64,000 nucleotides of DNA. Source: Lytechinus pictus. Its lineage: Eukaryota. The position numbers and the translations under genes were made by a program. Position 1 is the stretch's first letter. The number at the start of each line of letters is the position of its first letter. Below are positions 1 through 10,286 of this stretch, one piece after another. The notes under the pieces were generated by a model that was not told the origin of the DNA, ran no database searches, and saw only the letters and a list, made by a program, of their open reading frames with translations. The stretch is from assembly GCF_037042905.1 (NCBI RefSeq), contig NC_087251.1, forward strand, positions 4,466,001 to 4,530,000, written 5' to 3'.

Positions 1-880
1 AGACATTTTTGGACGGTATAATCAGACTTTTACTTGTTTTCAGCGCATTTTGGGCTGTTTCAAGCCAACTCGCAACAGTTTAGAAACTGATAGCTTAAAA
101 ACGAGCACATGGACCCCATGTTTTTAATATTTTAACGTCATCAGAATATATTCCTCTGTAAAACTAGAGAATATGATGAAATTGACATGGATTTTGAATG
201 TTTGGGAGCAAAATTACGGAACTATTCGCATTTTAGACGATATTATTAGACTTTTGCACGTTTTCGGCGCATTTTAGGTGGATTTCAATATTTTGAAGCC
301 AACTCGCAACACTTTGGACACTGATAGTTTAAAAACGAGCACATGGACCCCATATTTTTAATATTTTAATGTCTTTAGACTATATTCCTCTACAAATCTA
401 CAGAGTATGATGAAAATGACATGGATTTTGAATGTTTTGGAGCAAAATATGGAACCATTTGCATTTTAAAGGGTATTAAGAGACTTTTGCATGTTTTCGG
501 CGCTTTTTAGGCGATTTTCAAGCCAACTCGCAACAGTTTAGACACTGATAGTTTAAAAACAAGCACATGGACCCCATATTTTTAATATTTTAATGTCTTC
601 AAAATATATTCTTCTACAAATCTGGAGAGTATGATGAAAATGACATAGATTTTGATTGTTTGGGAGCAAAACTACGGAACCATTCGCATTTTAGACGGCA
701 TTATTAGACTTTTGCAAGTTTTGTGCACATTTGGGCGATTTTAATGCCAACTCGCATCACTTTGAACACTCATAGTTAAAAAACGAGCATATGGACCCCA
801 TATTTTTAACTTCCCTACACCTTCGATATGCATTCCTCTACAATTTAGCAGAATTTGATGAAAGTGACATGGATTTTGAA
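1..880. repeat. Tandem array of ~224-234-bp units (about 4 visible) inside the family A element
   Basis: AAGCCAACTCGCA-like anchor at 62, 296, 520 and 744; AAAACGAGCACATGGACCCC and GATGAAAATGACATGGATTTTG recur with the same period. Confidence 0.9.
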
Positions 881-1331
881 AAAATCGCAGCTTACAAAAT
901 ACTTTTTTAATTTTTGAGTAGATTCACGTCTTTGAATATTTGTTTTTTCCGAGTTTTTGCACCATTCTTGCCAAATGAGGGCGCTGCTGACTCCAAATAG
1001 ATATAGTTATACCAATTAAAAGACTTTCTCTTTCTTTTGTATACACTTTGTTGTATATCTTGAAAATTTGATGAAGTTTGATGCGGTATCTACTGAGTAA
1101 AGATGATTTACACTCATTTGGTGAATTCGTGAGGTCTAAGAGAGGCATAATTCTCTCGATTGCGCAAGATTGCATATCATTCAAATACGGCGACTTTGAA
1201 GACCCGTAGAAAAAAAATAAGCACATGAACCTTTGTTATTTTTTGCATTTTCATAATGCATAGATACCAAAGTAACTCTCTGCAAAATTTGGTGAAAATG
1301 ACATGGACTTCATTTTAACTGTGGAACGTCC
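1..1331. mobile_element. Non-autonomous TTAA-flanked DNA transposon (Kolobok-like, family A), left end outside the window
   Basis: Right end TAACTGTGGAACGTCC followed by TTAA (1332-1335). The terminus is identical to the complete copy at 6185-7119, and the subterminal AAGCACATG...GGTGAAAATGACATGGA module is shared. Confidence 0.75.
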
Positions 1332-1335
1332 TTAA

Positions 1336-1432
1336 AAAACCCATATTGCCCTCGTCTAAAGACTCGGGCCAATATGATTCTTTTGCTGGCAATATATTTG
1401 ATGTTCCCCTCAAGACCAGTCAATATTATATA
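1336..1432. mobile_element. Arm of a small palindromic MITE hosting family A (right arm)
   Basis: Near reverse complement of 6089-6180 (CCATATTGCCCTCGTCTAAAGACTCGGGCCAAT...ATATTTGATGTTCCCCTCAAGACCAGTCAATATTATA). Confidence 0.7.
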
Positions 1433-2687
1433 ATTATCATCATCCAAATCAGATATCTAGAACAAAAATCATGATAATAGTGATATTTCTTTAAAGTATA
1501 CATCCAAAGAAAATTCACGAAAGTGATGATTATAGACAAATTATATATGAATGGAAAGGTCTTGTCTTTTTATACACAAATATGTCACTAAAAAGTCTTA
1601 TTGATGTCGTGGAAATGCAAGAAATGAAATTATTAGAGACCCTTCTCAGCCCCCCAGCCGCCCCCAGACAGACAGTCACGCGATCAAAAACAGTCGAGAA
1701 TAATGACGTCACATGATCGACTCACTCTGTGCAAGCCAGCAGTACACTGATAGCTGATTCACCTTCCTGGTCTCTATTTTTCTTCGAATTTACCGTTTTC
1801 TTCATGTATTGTGATATCCGAATTCTGTTTTCGACAACTTCAGACTATAAGGGAACCAGAACTGTGTTATTTTGCCCGTTTTTTATTGAATTGTGAACTG
1901 GAAAGATCGATTTTGTCCACTCGACAGTCTTCGTTGTGTTGCTCTACTAACTATTGAAAAACTCCAAGCTGCACGGTCCCATTCACTTGCTCCCGATGCA
2001 TGTTGCAGGCTACGCTGTTTGATCCAGTCAAAAGTCAAGGTAAGCATGTTTGGAAACTGTACTTGTTCTGACGATGCATTCAGGTCAGATGACAGATACA
2101 GATCTGATATAAGTTTAGAATCATGCATTTTGGCATAACTACTATTGAAATTAAACAGTTTTTATTTTAGAAATAATGTTTTTGCACAATTCCAGCAGAT
2201 TTTTTCTTCAGATTTCTAAAACTGGTCAGGACTCAGGCAGGCAATTAAATTATTTAGGAGCACTGGTATGGACCATGGCTGAAAATCTGCTGTTTCAGAG
2301 GAGTGTTTAAGTTTTTATAATACACAGAATTATATCACCATGATGCCGATGTCATGAAGCCAGACAATTTTTTCAGCAGTGATTACCCTGATTCCTGGAC
2401 AAAATCACTCACACGTATTGCGAGGTTAGTATCAGTATACTAACCTCGCACCACGAACCGCGTTTGGCAGTGGATTTCTAACTAGTGGGTCGCGCGTGCT
2501 GGGATCTCACTTCTTGGGTCCACGACTTCTATGGCTTGAATTTTCTGTGCGCGGCGGCATGTAATGAACCCTTGGGTGGGCCAAAATTAGAGTCTGGTGT
2601 TTCTATCTGATTAGAGTGTTGCTGCATATATGTATGCGTAATGCCTTCAACAATGAAGATAAATGCAATCTTTGTAATGACACAGAG

Positions 2688-2879
2688 ACTCAGAGAGCAC
2701 CGTACCTCAAGTGATGTTCGTGTAGTCTCCACTTCACTACTGCTACAGCCTACACTACGCTACACACCTACCCGGGTAGGTGTGGCGTACATGTACGGTA
2801 GTGTAGCGGTAGTGAAGTGGAGTGGGGCCTACACAAACATCACTTACATCACTTGAGGTAGAGCACCAGTGTTCTGAGT
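2688..2879. repeat. Imperfect ~190-bp foldback (hairpin)
   Basis: Near-perfect centre ACACCTACCCGGGTAGGTGT; outer arms CTCCACTTCACTAC/GTAGTGAAGTGGAG and TACCTCAAGTGATGT/ACATCACTTGAGGTA. Confidence 0.85.
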
Positions 2880-3328
2880 GGAACTTTTCAGGTGTCTAAA
2901 CCTACTATCATTTGTTGTTGACCGGGAATTACATGCCACCGCACGTCATCAATCATCACGATAATTAAATTCATACTTTGATTTGATTATTTAAACTATT
3001 TCTTTTTTTCTCTCTTCTACACACAGATCTGCACACTTGCTGACTCTGGTGACTTCTGGTCTCTGCTTGCTACCTCAATCTGGGAGATTCCATCATGTCC
3101 TTTTACTATGATTTGGATATAGCCATTTTTTTCTGCACTCTTTCCAGGACCTACGGTTTGCAAGTTGTGGACTGATAATGATACAAAAGAAAATTTTTCT
3201 TTATCAATCTTGGAAACAATTTTGAGCACAGTTTTGGAGAGAACTAAGAAATTTGACTTGGACAGGAATACAGCTTGTCAAAAATAATAACACACAATTT
3301 AAAACGAAAGAACAATTTTAATGTTACT

Positions 3329-3500
3329 AGGGCATTTTGCGAGAAATGTTATACTCAATCACACGTCCCAAATCAAGGGTAAGTCCTTTGATTAAACATG
3401 TAGTTGAATTGCGATTGCAACTCGACCTTATTACGCTTGAATTTGAATTTAAGACTTACGCTTGATTTGCAATTGAACATAAGTTTCTTGCAGTGCCCCA
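3329..3500. mobile_element. Degenerate small MITE (Harbinger-like termini)
   Basis: GGGCATTTTGCGAGAAA at the left is an imperfect inverted match to TTTCTTGCAGTGCCC at the right. Confidence 0.45.
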
Positions 3501-3844
3501 TAATTATGTTTTGTTATCAGATATTTAACGTGCTGATTTTTCTCGAAAGGTATAATATATTTGTCCTTTTAAACGGTATTTGAATATGGGTACGCCTTTT
3601 ATTTGTTTTCCACAATATTTATTGCATGTATGAACAGAAGTGAAATATTTATTGTGAAGCACTGTGAATGTTGTGTGCTGTTGTGTGATGGTTCATCATT
3701 TTTGTTATAAGACTGAAAGCCTGGTGGATGTGAGGAAGTGGCCTGGATGAAAGAAAAGTGAACATGTGTCCAATTACTGATTTGCATATTCTAAGACAAT
3801 TTTGTTTCTGGATAAATTTTGCTATGCATTCCCTACATTAAGAG

Positions 3845-4180
3845 TAAAGGAGAAGTCTACGCAATCAAAAATTCATTTGAATTTAAAGAAAAATAACAAG
3901 ATATTGCAGGAAATTTCATAAAAACTTTGATTCAAATTTATATAATTACTATTTTAATAGTTCCGTAAATATAACCTATTGTGATCAGATGAAGAGTTTC
4001 CTATCGTCAAATCTGCAAAGAATAAAAAACAAAATGCCACAAAAAATAGAAACGAATGTGATGTGAGTGACAACTCTAATTTGCATATCATTGTTTGTGT
4101 ATATGACTGTTTTGAGTAAAAACAACAAGGGAAATTACTCTATTCAAATAATTTTTAGTTGATGTGGACTTGACTTTTAA
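3845..4180. mobile_element. Old, degenerate copy of the family C Kolobok-like MITE
   Basis: TAAAGGAGAAGTCTAC...GTGGACTTGACTTTTAA ends and internal TTTGCATATCA...TGTGTATATGACTGTTTTG resemble the copies at 40905 and 52321. Confidence 0.55.
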
Positions 4181-5235
4181 TTCTACCCCTCCCATCCCAA
4201 ATAAGAGTAGAAATAATCTAATCAAGAACTTGAAAATCAAAAGCAGCAATTAAGAAGCAAGATTTGATAAATACAGGTCTGAATAGAATTTCACAAGAAA
4301 ATAAAAAGAGAAAAAAAGATGGGTAGGGACGGGGAAGGAATAAAAAAAAAATACACAGAAAAAGAAATCCGAGTTGCGAACCAGGGTCCTCGCACATGAC
4401 AAAACAATGGCCAACGTTTTTGGCCACAGACCATCGCCCTGTCGGGAAGGCATTTTTAAGATATATGAAAGAAAGTCCGCTCGCCGCTGTTTCCTAATAA
4501 TGCTTCGGCAATTCAACTGCAATTTCAGTTATTTCGCGATGGATATTGCCGTGTTTTTTTTGTGGTTCCTGACTTTGCTACTTAATGAAATTTCATAATT
4601 TTTGTTCAGTCATAAAGAAGAATGTCTATGCTTTATATTGATTATAACATTAATGTGACGCAATGTGATTTCTACGTGAAAATATGCTTTGTTTATTCAC
4701 ATATATTTCTTGAAAAAAAAAAATTCTAAGCTAAATATCGGTTACCAAAATACGTTAAATGTGCACTTTTTTTCACTGTTCAGTAAATTCAAACTTTTAT
4801 CTATATAACAAGACCAATCTTAAGAGGAATAAACAATTCTAAGAGCAAAAAACGCTGATTGGAAAGATCGTCTCCAATAGGCTGCTGTCAGCTCAGCTGC
4901 TCACTGCTCATTGTGTGACGTCACTCAGCTGGAGCCCGCAAGAGGACCGGTGGAAGGCAAAAATATGGCATGAAAATAAATCATTTTTGAGAGCTGATTT
5001 CTGCAATCTCTGATCACTATTTTGAAAAGTGAAGTTATATATCTGATCAGTAATACTTCCCCTTTACAATGATGACCACATAAAGTCATTATAAAATACT
5101 TTTGATTCTTCGGATGTATACTTTAAGAATATCACCATTAGATAATTCTTTTGTGTCATGTTAATATCAGGGTCTAGGCTCTGCACTTTACCATTATGGC
5201 ATATTTGGCAATCGCCCAGATCCAGCGTTGTCAAT

Positions 5236-5510
5236 TACCGTGTTTACATGTGATCAGAACGGCTTTTGGTTTATCTTGCACCGCGTTTACACGCTGTTAA
5301 CCTGAAATGACACGCTCACCAACAATGTACGTCATAATAAAGACAACGCTGGATCCGTGCGCTTTGAAGTACGTCATAATGGTAAAGTAAACGAAATGCG
5401 CGCCAATTGCCGATGCAGAATCGGCTTTCTGTTTACACGTAGTAAAAAAGCCGATTCTGCATCGGCTCGCGGTTCTGAACCGCGAGCAGATGCAGCGTGT
5501 AAACACGGTA
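5236..5510 (-). mobile_element. MITE copy 1 (internally deleted), TIR ACCGTGTTTACA, Harbinger-like terminal sequence
   Basis: TACCGTGTTTACATG...GTGTAAACACGGTA; internal sequence is the reverse complement of parts of 5516-5983. Confidence 0.75.
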
Positions 5511-5515
5511 TACAT

Positions 5516-5983
5516 TACCGTGTTTACAGTCATGTGATCGGCTTTGCATCGGCTCGCGACTCTGAACCGCGAGCCGATGCAGCATCGGCTTTTTCATAGC
5601 GTGTAAACGCGATTAACTTGCATCTGCTCTCGGTTCAGAATCGGCAATTTTGCACCACCAAAGTAGTAGGTTCAGAACCGCGAGACCGATGCAGAATCGG
5701 CTTTTTTGCTACGTGTAAACAGAAAGCCGATTCTGCATCGGCAATTGGCGCGTATTTCATTTTACTTTACCATTATGACGTACTTGTAAGCGCACGGATC
5801 CAGCGTTGTCTTTATTATGACGTATATTGTTGGTGCGTGGATTATTTCAGGTTTTTGCCCCAAAAGCCGATTCTGAACCGCGAGCCGATGTAGCGTGTAA
5901 ACGCGGTGCAAGATAAACCCAAAAGCCGATTCTGCATCGGCTCGCGGTTCTGAACCAAAAGCCGATCACATGTAAACACGGTA
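5516..5983 (+). mobile_element. MITE copy 2, same family, opposite orientation
   Basis: TACCGTGTTTACAG...GATCACATGTAAACACGGTA; multiple internal GCCGATTCTGCATCGGC/GGTTCTGAACC palindromic subrepeats; unique core at ~5745-5852. Confidence 0.8.
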
Positions 5984-6088
5984 TCTGACGTAGATTGTTG
6001 GTGCGCGGATCATTATGAAGCGTATTTCTTCATACGACGCATCCTCAAAGGCCCGGATGTGAGAACAGGGAAAAAACAAAGGTAAATT

Positions 6089-7170
6089 TATATAATATTG
6101 ACTGGCCTTGAGGGGAACATCAAATATGTCACCCGCAACGGAATTGGCCCGAGTCTTTAGACGAGGGCAATATGGTTCTTTTAAGGACGTTCCACAGTTA
6201 TATTTGTGCGCATTATGATCTGCGCATAGTTTACACTCTGCGCGCTGACGTCACAATGGATGAACAGGTATTAATTAGCTGCGGGTATGAGCTGATTTTT
6301 CTCGTCTTCTGCACTTTAACTGCAGATCCGATGCGTTATTTCATGAAGCTAAAAAATTGAATTATTCCATGGACCATTCAAAAAAATATTCTCTACAATT
6401 TCAAAATACTTTACTCTGCAGTGCTGCCAAGAATCACGAATATTAGCCCGAGTTTGAATAAATGGTAGAGTGGTTTTGATTTTTTCTTTACATAGATACT
6501 AAGCATTCGGCCCATTTTTGGTGTTTTAAAAAGCACATTTGCTCTAATAAAAATGCTGATAGTTTAAAAACAAGCACATGAACCCCTATTTTTTAATGTT
6601 TCTACCTCTTAGGTATACCTTCCTCTACAACTCTGCAAATTTTGGTGAAAATGACATGGATTTTGAATAAAGTGCAGCATTTATTGTACGTTTGTACATT
6701 GTTACTGAAATTTTACATTTTTCAGATTGGGATTTTGTTATCTTTTACGCCATTTTTAAGAACTGACAGTGCTGTTAAACTTAAAATTGCAAACAAATAG
6801 CACTATTAATAGATTCTTCATTCTAACGATACAATTATTAACTCTCTTGCGAAATTTGATGACTTTTTCATGTATTTTGAATGAGTAATGGAGGTTTAAA
6901 CTCATTGTAGTAATCTTGGGCGGTCTAAAAATGCCAAATTCTTTTGAATGCGCAATTCTTAAGAACATCAATTTGGGTGAACTTTGAAGCTCTATAGCAA
7001 AAAATCAAGCACATGGACCTATGTTAATTTTTGCATATTTCGAATATTAAGGTTCTAAAGTATCTATGTGCAAAGTTTGGTGAAAATGACATGGATTTCA
7101 CTTTAACTGTGGAACGTCCTTAAGGGCGACATATTTGATGTTTCCCGACAGAATAGCTAGTCAATTATTA
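6089..7170. mobile_element. Small palindromic MITE interrupted by a family A element
   Basis: Left arm 6089-6180 starts TATAATATTGACTGGCCTTGAGGGGAACATCAAATATGTCACCC; short right arm 7124-7170 GGGCGACATATTTGATGTTTCCC...GTCAATTATTA. Confidence 0.65.
6185..7119. mobile_element. Complete 935-bp Kolobok-like non-autonomous element (family A)
   Basis: Perfect 16-bp TIR GGACGTTCCACAGTTA/TAACTGTGGAACGTCC; TTAA TSD at 6181-6184 and 7120-7123. Confidence 0.9.
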
Positions 7171-7632
7171 AGGTTGTACAAAGTGTATTTCAAACTATTA
7201 TTTGGACCAATTTACATGCCTGCAGTTGCTTATCAATACTTTCGATTTCATTCACGAACTTAGCGAATTCGTAACCCTTAATAAGCAACTGTGACGTTAT
7301 TGTTACCTTGCAGTCGCACATCATGCATGGCGCGCACATACACTCAACGCGGAGAAATCTTGCGCTTGGGGTTGTTTGTGTACCGGTATCTTCAATACGT
7401 TGGTTCATAAACTGGTTCCAGCCATATTTCTCAAATACTGAAATTAGCAATCAGAATCGGCTCCTACTGCGCAAGCGCACTATCAAAAATATGGCCAATA
7501 TTGCCCTCTATTTTGTACAGGATTCCTATGGGCAAAGCCCGGAGAGGGCAACATGGCGAATGTTTACCTCGTTGGTCTCGGATTGAAGCGGCGAAATATG
7601 ATTTTTATTTATCTCCTAAAATGCCTTGTATA

Positions 7633-9219
7633 CATGGATGTCGATCGGTATTCTTGGTTGGGGGGATGATTGACACAAAAGTTCTTGTGGATGGGGATCT
7701 TTCAACATTACCCCCACTAAAATCACAAGTTAGGACATTTTGGAGTAATTGATATGCATGGTGTTCTTGGAAATTCCTTCATTGTTGTTGTGTACTGTAC
7801 TTATATAATTTTTTTTTGAAAATTCATTATGTGTTACAAGTAAGCCTATTCTAAACTCATACGAAAGAAAAAATGACAAAAATTGTCTGGACCATGTACA
7901 TAGTGATCTGAAATTTTTTAGTATGACATGAAAACAGGAAAAAATTACCTGTTTAGGTTTGTTTGTAGTAACTCATGAGGAGCATAGATACATGTATCTC
8001 ATTAGAGAGCGAGCTAAAATTTCTTTATATTCTGACGTGAAAGCTTGATATTCTAAGCATTTTTGGTACCAATGATTAAGATGGGTATCTAGAAGAACAA
8101 TAGATGCGAGCGCAAAGCGCCAGCTGAAAATTTTGATATTTCGATCTGGAAAAAAAGACAGTTTAATGGACGCTTTTAATAAAGAACAAGATATATATCC
8201 AACAAAAGATTATTGCAAATCGAAGTGGGAGTTCTTTTGAGGTATAGAACTGAAAACGGGACATTCTATTCACCTATTTAATCATGAAAAGTATGGGGTT
8301 TTGGTACAGAAATGATGCGAGCGCGAAGCACGAGCTGAAAATTTTTATATTCCAATCTGAAAAGCAGACATTTTGAGCACGATTTTAAATCAAAATCGAG
8401 TTGGTATCTCAATCTCGCTTGCTGGTTTCAGTGTTGCATTACAATCTTATTTTATTTTTGAGTTGCACATGCGGAATTATTGGGAGGGGGCAAAACGATA
8501 TGTTCCCCCAAAATATTTTCATTGGTGGGCGATCGCCCCCCTGCCCCCCCCCCCCCAGATCGACGCCTCTGTGTATACAACTTCTCTCTTAAATCTAACC
8601 CGACTGGCAATATCTTTTTTCTTAATGCATGATGATAACATGCAGATTCGGACCAATTAAGACTAGCACAAATTACAAACTGTGTGGCTTCTCGTGCGCC
8701 ATCGGGCTTACCGTCATTCCATAGAGCTATTACTGTAATAGCTATATGGTCATTCCTTAGACGATTTATCTTGCCACCCTTTTACTCCCGTTTATTGTCC
8801 ACCCTTTTGAATTAATTGATGTATTAAAATTAATTTATTCACCACTGGTGGGATGGAACACCCTATCAACAATAGTTGTTTTTCGTTGGGGTCCTTTTAT
8901 GTCATGTGTTAAAAAATATCATATACAAAAACATTTCACTCTTTTTCATCTTGAACCTCCACCCATCTGAATAATAGTCCTGAAAAAGAATGTTTTTATC
9001 TAATAACAATATACACAAATTGCGAGGAAAACAAACTGATTGATGGCATAATCATCACTATAATCATCATGATCAAACTTTTCATTTTTTCATCATCATT
9101 ATTATAATGTTTCTTCCCTAAATTATTGGGGGGGATGATAATACAGGCCATCCCCCCCACTTGAAATATTGGGGGGGGGGGATATATCCCCCCCATCCCC
9201 CCCGTGATCGACACCCATG
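7633..9219. mobile_element. hAT-like non-autonomous element with 8-bp TSD
   Basis: TIR CATGGATGTCGATC versus GATCGACACCCATG (13/14); identical 8-bp flanks CTTGTATA at 7625-7632 and 9220-9227; G/C-run subterminal structure. Confidence 0.75.
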
Positions 9220-9319
9220 CTTGTATAGGTAATAATTTGCGTTGTCTCTGCATGCAAAGTCAATACGCGCATTGAGACCGAGGAAAATACGAACAATATA
9301 CCTATTCCTTCCCGATATC

Positions 9320-9565
9320 ATTGGGTGATTTCAAGTCCGGTGTTGGCCTTGGTGTTGTTGTTGGTGTTGAAATTTGCATTGCTTCCCCTGGCTCTAAAAC
9401 TTATTCATAGTTTGAAAAACTGATCCAGATGACATCATTAACACCTCAACAACTAGTGAGTTACTTTTTAGGACCATCTTCATTTTATGTTTGGCGTTAT
9501 AATCGTGTAAAAATTGACCTAACACCAACACCAAAAGGTCAACACCGTACTTGAAATCACCCAAT
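9320..9565. mobile_element. 246-bp MITE
   Basis: TIR ATTGGGTGATTTCAAGT(C/A)CGGTGTTG(G/A)CCTT at both ends; internal GGTGTTG/CAACACC subrepeats. Confidence 0.85.
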
Positions 9566-9894
9566 ACGGTTTTGTAAGATGGGGTGTCCATGCAAACTTC
9601 GTGGACTTTTCAAAAACAATCATCAGGCTTAAATTTGTTCACAAAATATTCACAATTTATACAAAACCAATTCAATAAATTAATACCACATAGACGGAAA
9701 GGTCCTAAACTATAAAATAATTGACGAAAATGTGAAGCAGGTCAAGGGGTTTCGGCGGTATCGCGATATCAAAATTCTATTCCGAGCGCTGTGCTGGAAA
9801 ACCGTATGACCAACTTCGCGGACCAAAGTTTTTGTGGAGATTTAAACAAAAACTCAAGGTCAAAAGGTGAGATATTTAGATTGACGACAAAATC

Positions 9895-9896
<2 letters not shown>

Positions 9897-9927
<31 letters not shown>
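9897..9927. repeat. (AT)n microsatellite
   Basis: Direct reading. Confidence 0.95.
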
Positions 9928-9931
<4 letters not shown>

Positions 9932-9934
9932 AAA

Positions 9935-10286
9935 CACGGGTCTCCGGAACTCATTAGATCGTAGGCTCAAAACGCGTGCACGTATTGCTCCATTATCGGG
10001 CAAGCGCAAGTTAGCTGCGGGCGTGGGGAGCTTTGGCGGGCCGGCATAATGGCTCCGCGCCGATCGAGCTCACCGCACTGACCGGCTGAGTAGATCACGA
10101 CGCGCGCTCTCTGGAGCGACAAATCACAAATTTGAGGGTCTCCGGAACGGGAAAAATATTGGAATTTATATGGCTTTGTGAATAATATTGGTGATGCTCT
10201 GGAACGGAAATTTAGGCTGAAAATGGGGTCTCGACCGCGGCACGTACGTATTATACATTTATACTGAGTACCCCCCCCCCCCCGGG
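9935..10286. mobile_element. Right part of a poly-C/CCCGGG-terminated repeat element
   Basis: Ends GAGTACCCCCCCCCCCCCGGG; repeated GGGTCTCCGGAAC motif; similar terminus in opposite orientation at 56823 and 63895. Confidence 0.45.

Larger units (their letters stand above)
1495..5122. mobile_element. 3.6-kb non-autonomous Kolobok-like DNA transposon (family B)
   Basis: TTAA at 1491-1494 and 5123-5126; TIR AGTATACATCC(A/G)AAGAA with 16/17 match; AG...CT termini plus TTAA TSD fit Kolobok; no transposase ORF seen. Confidence 0.7.

Noticed and set aside
1893..2039. ORF ending ...IQSKVK at a phase-0 donor that would join VAKMVL of the GPCR exon
   Set aside because: Lies inside a TIR-bounded element, and the upstream translation has no TM5/ICL3 character; the fit is probably chance.
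5297..5893. Three ORFs with repeated peptides
   Set aside because: Produced by palindromic MITE subrepeats; no protein features.
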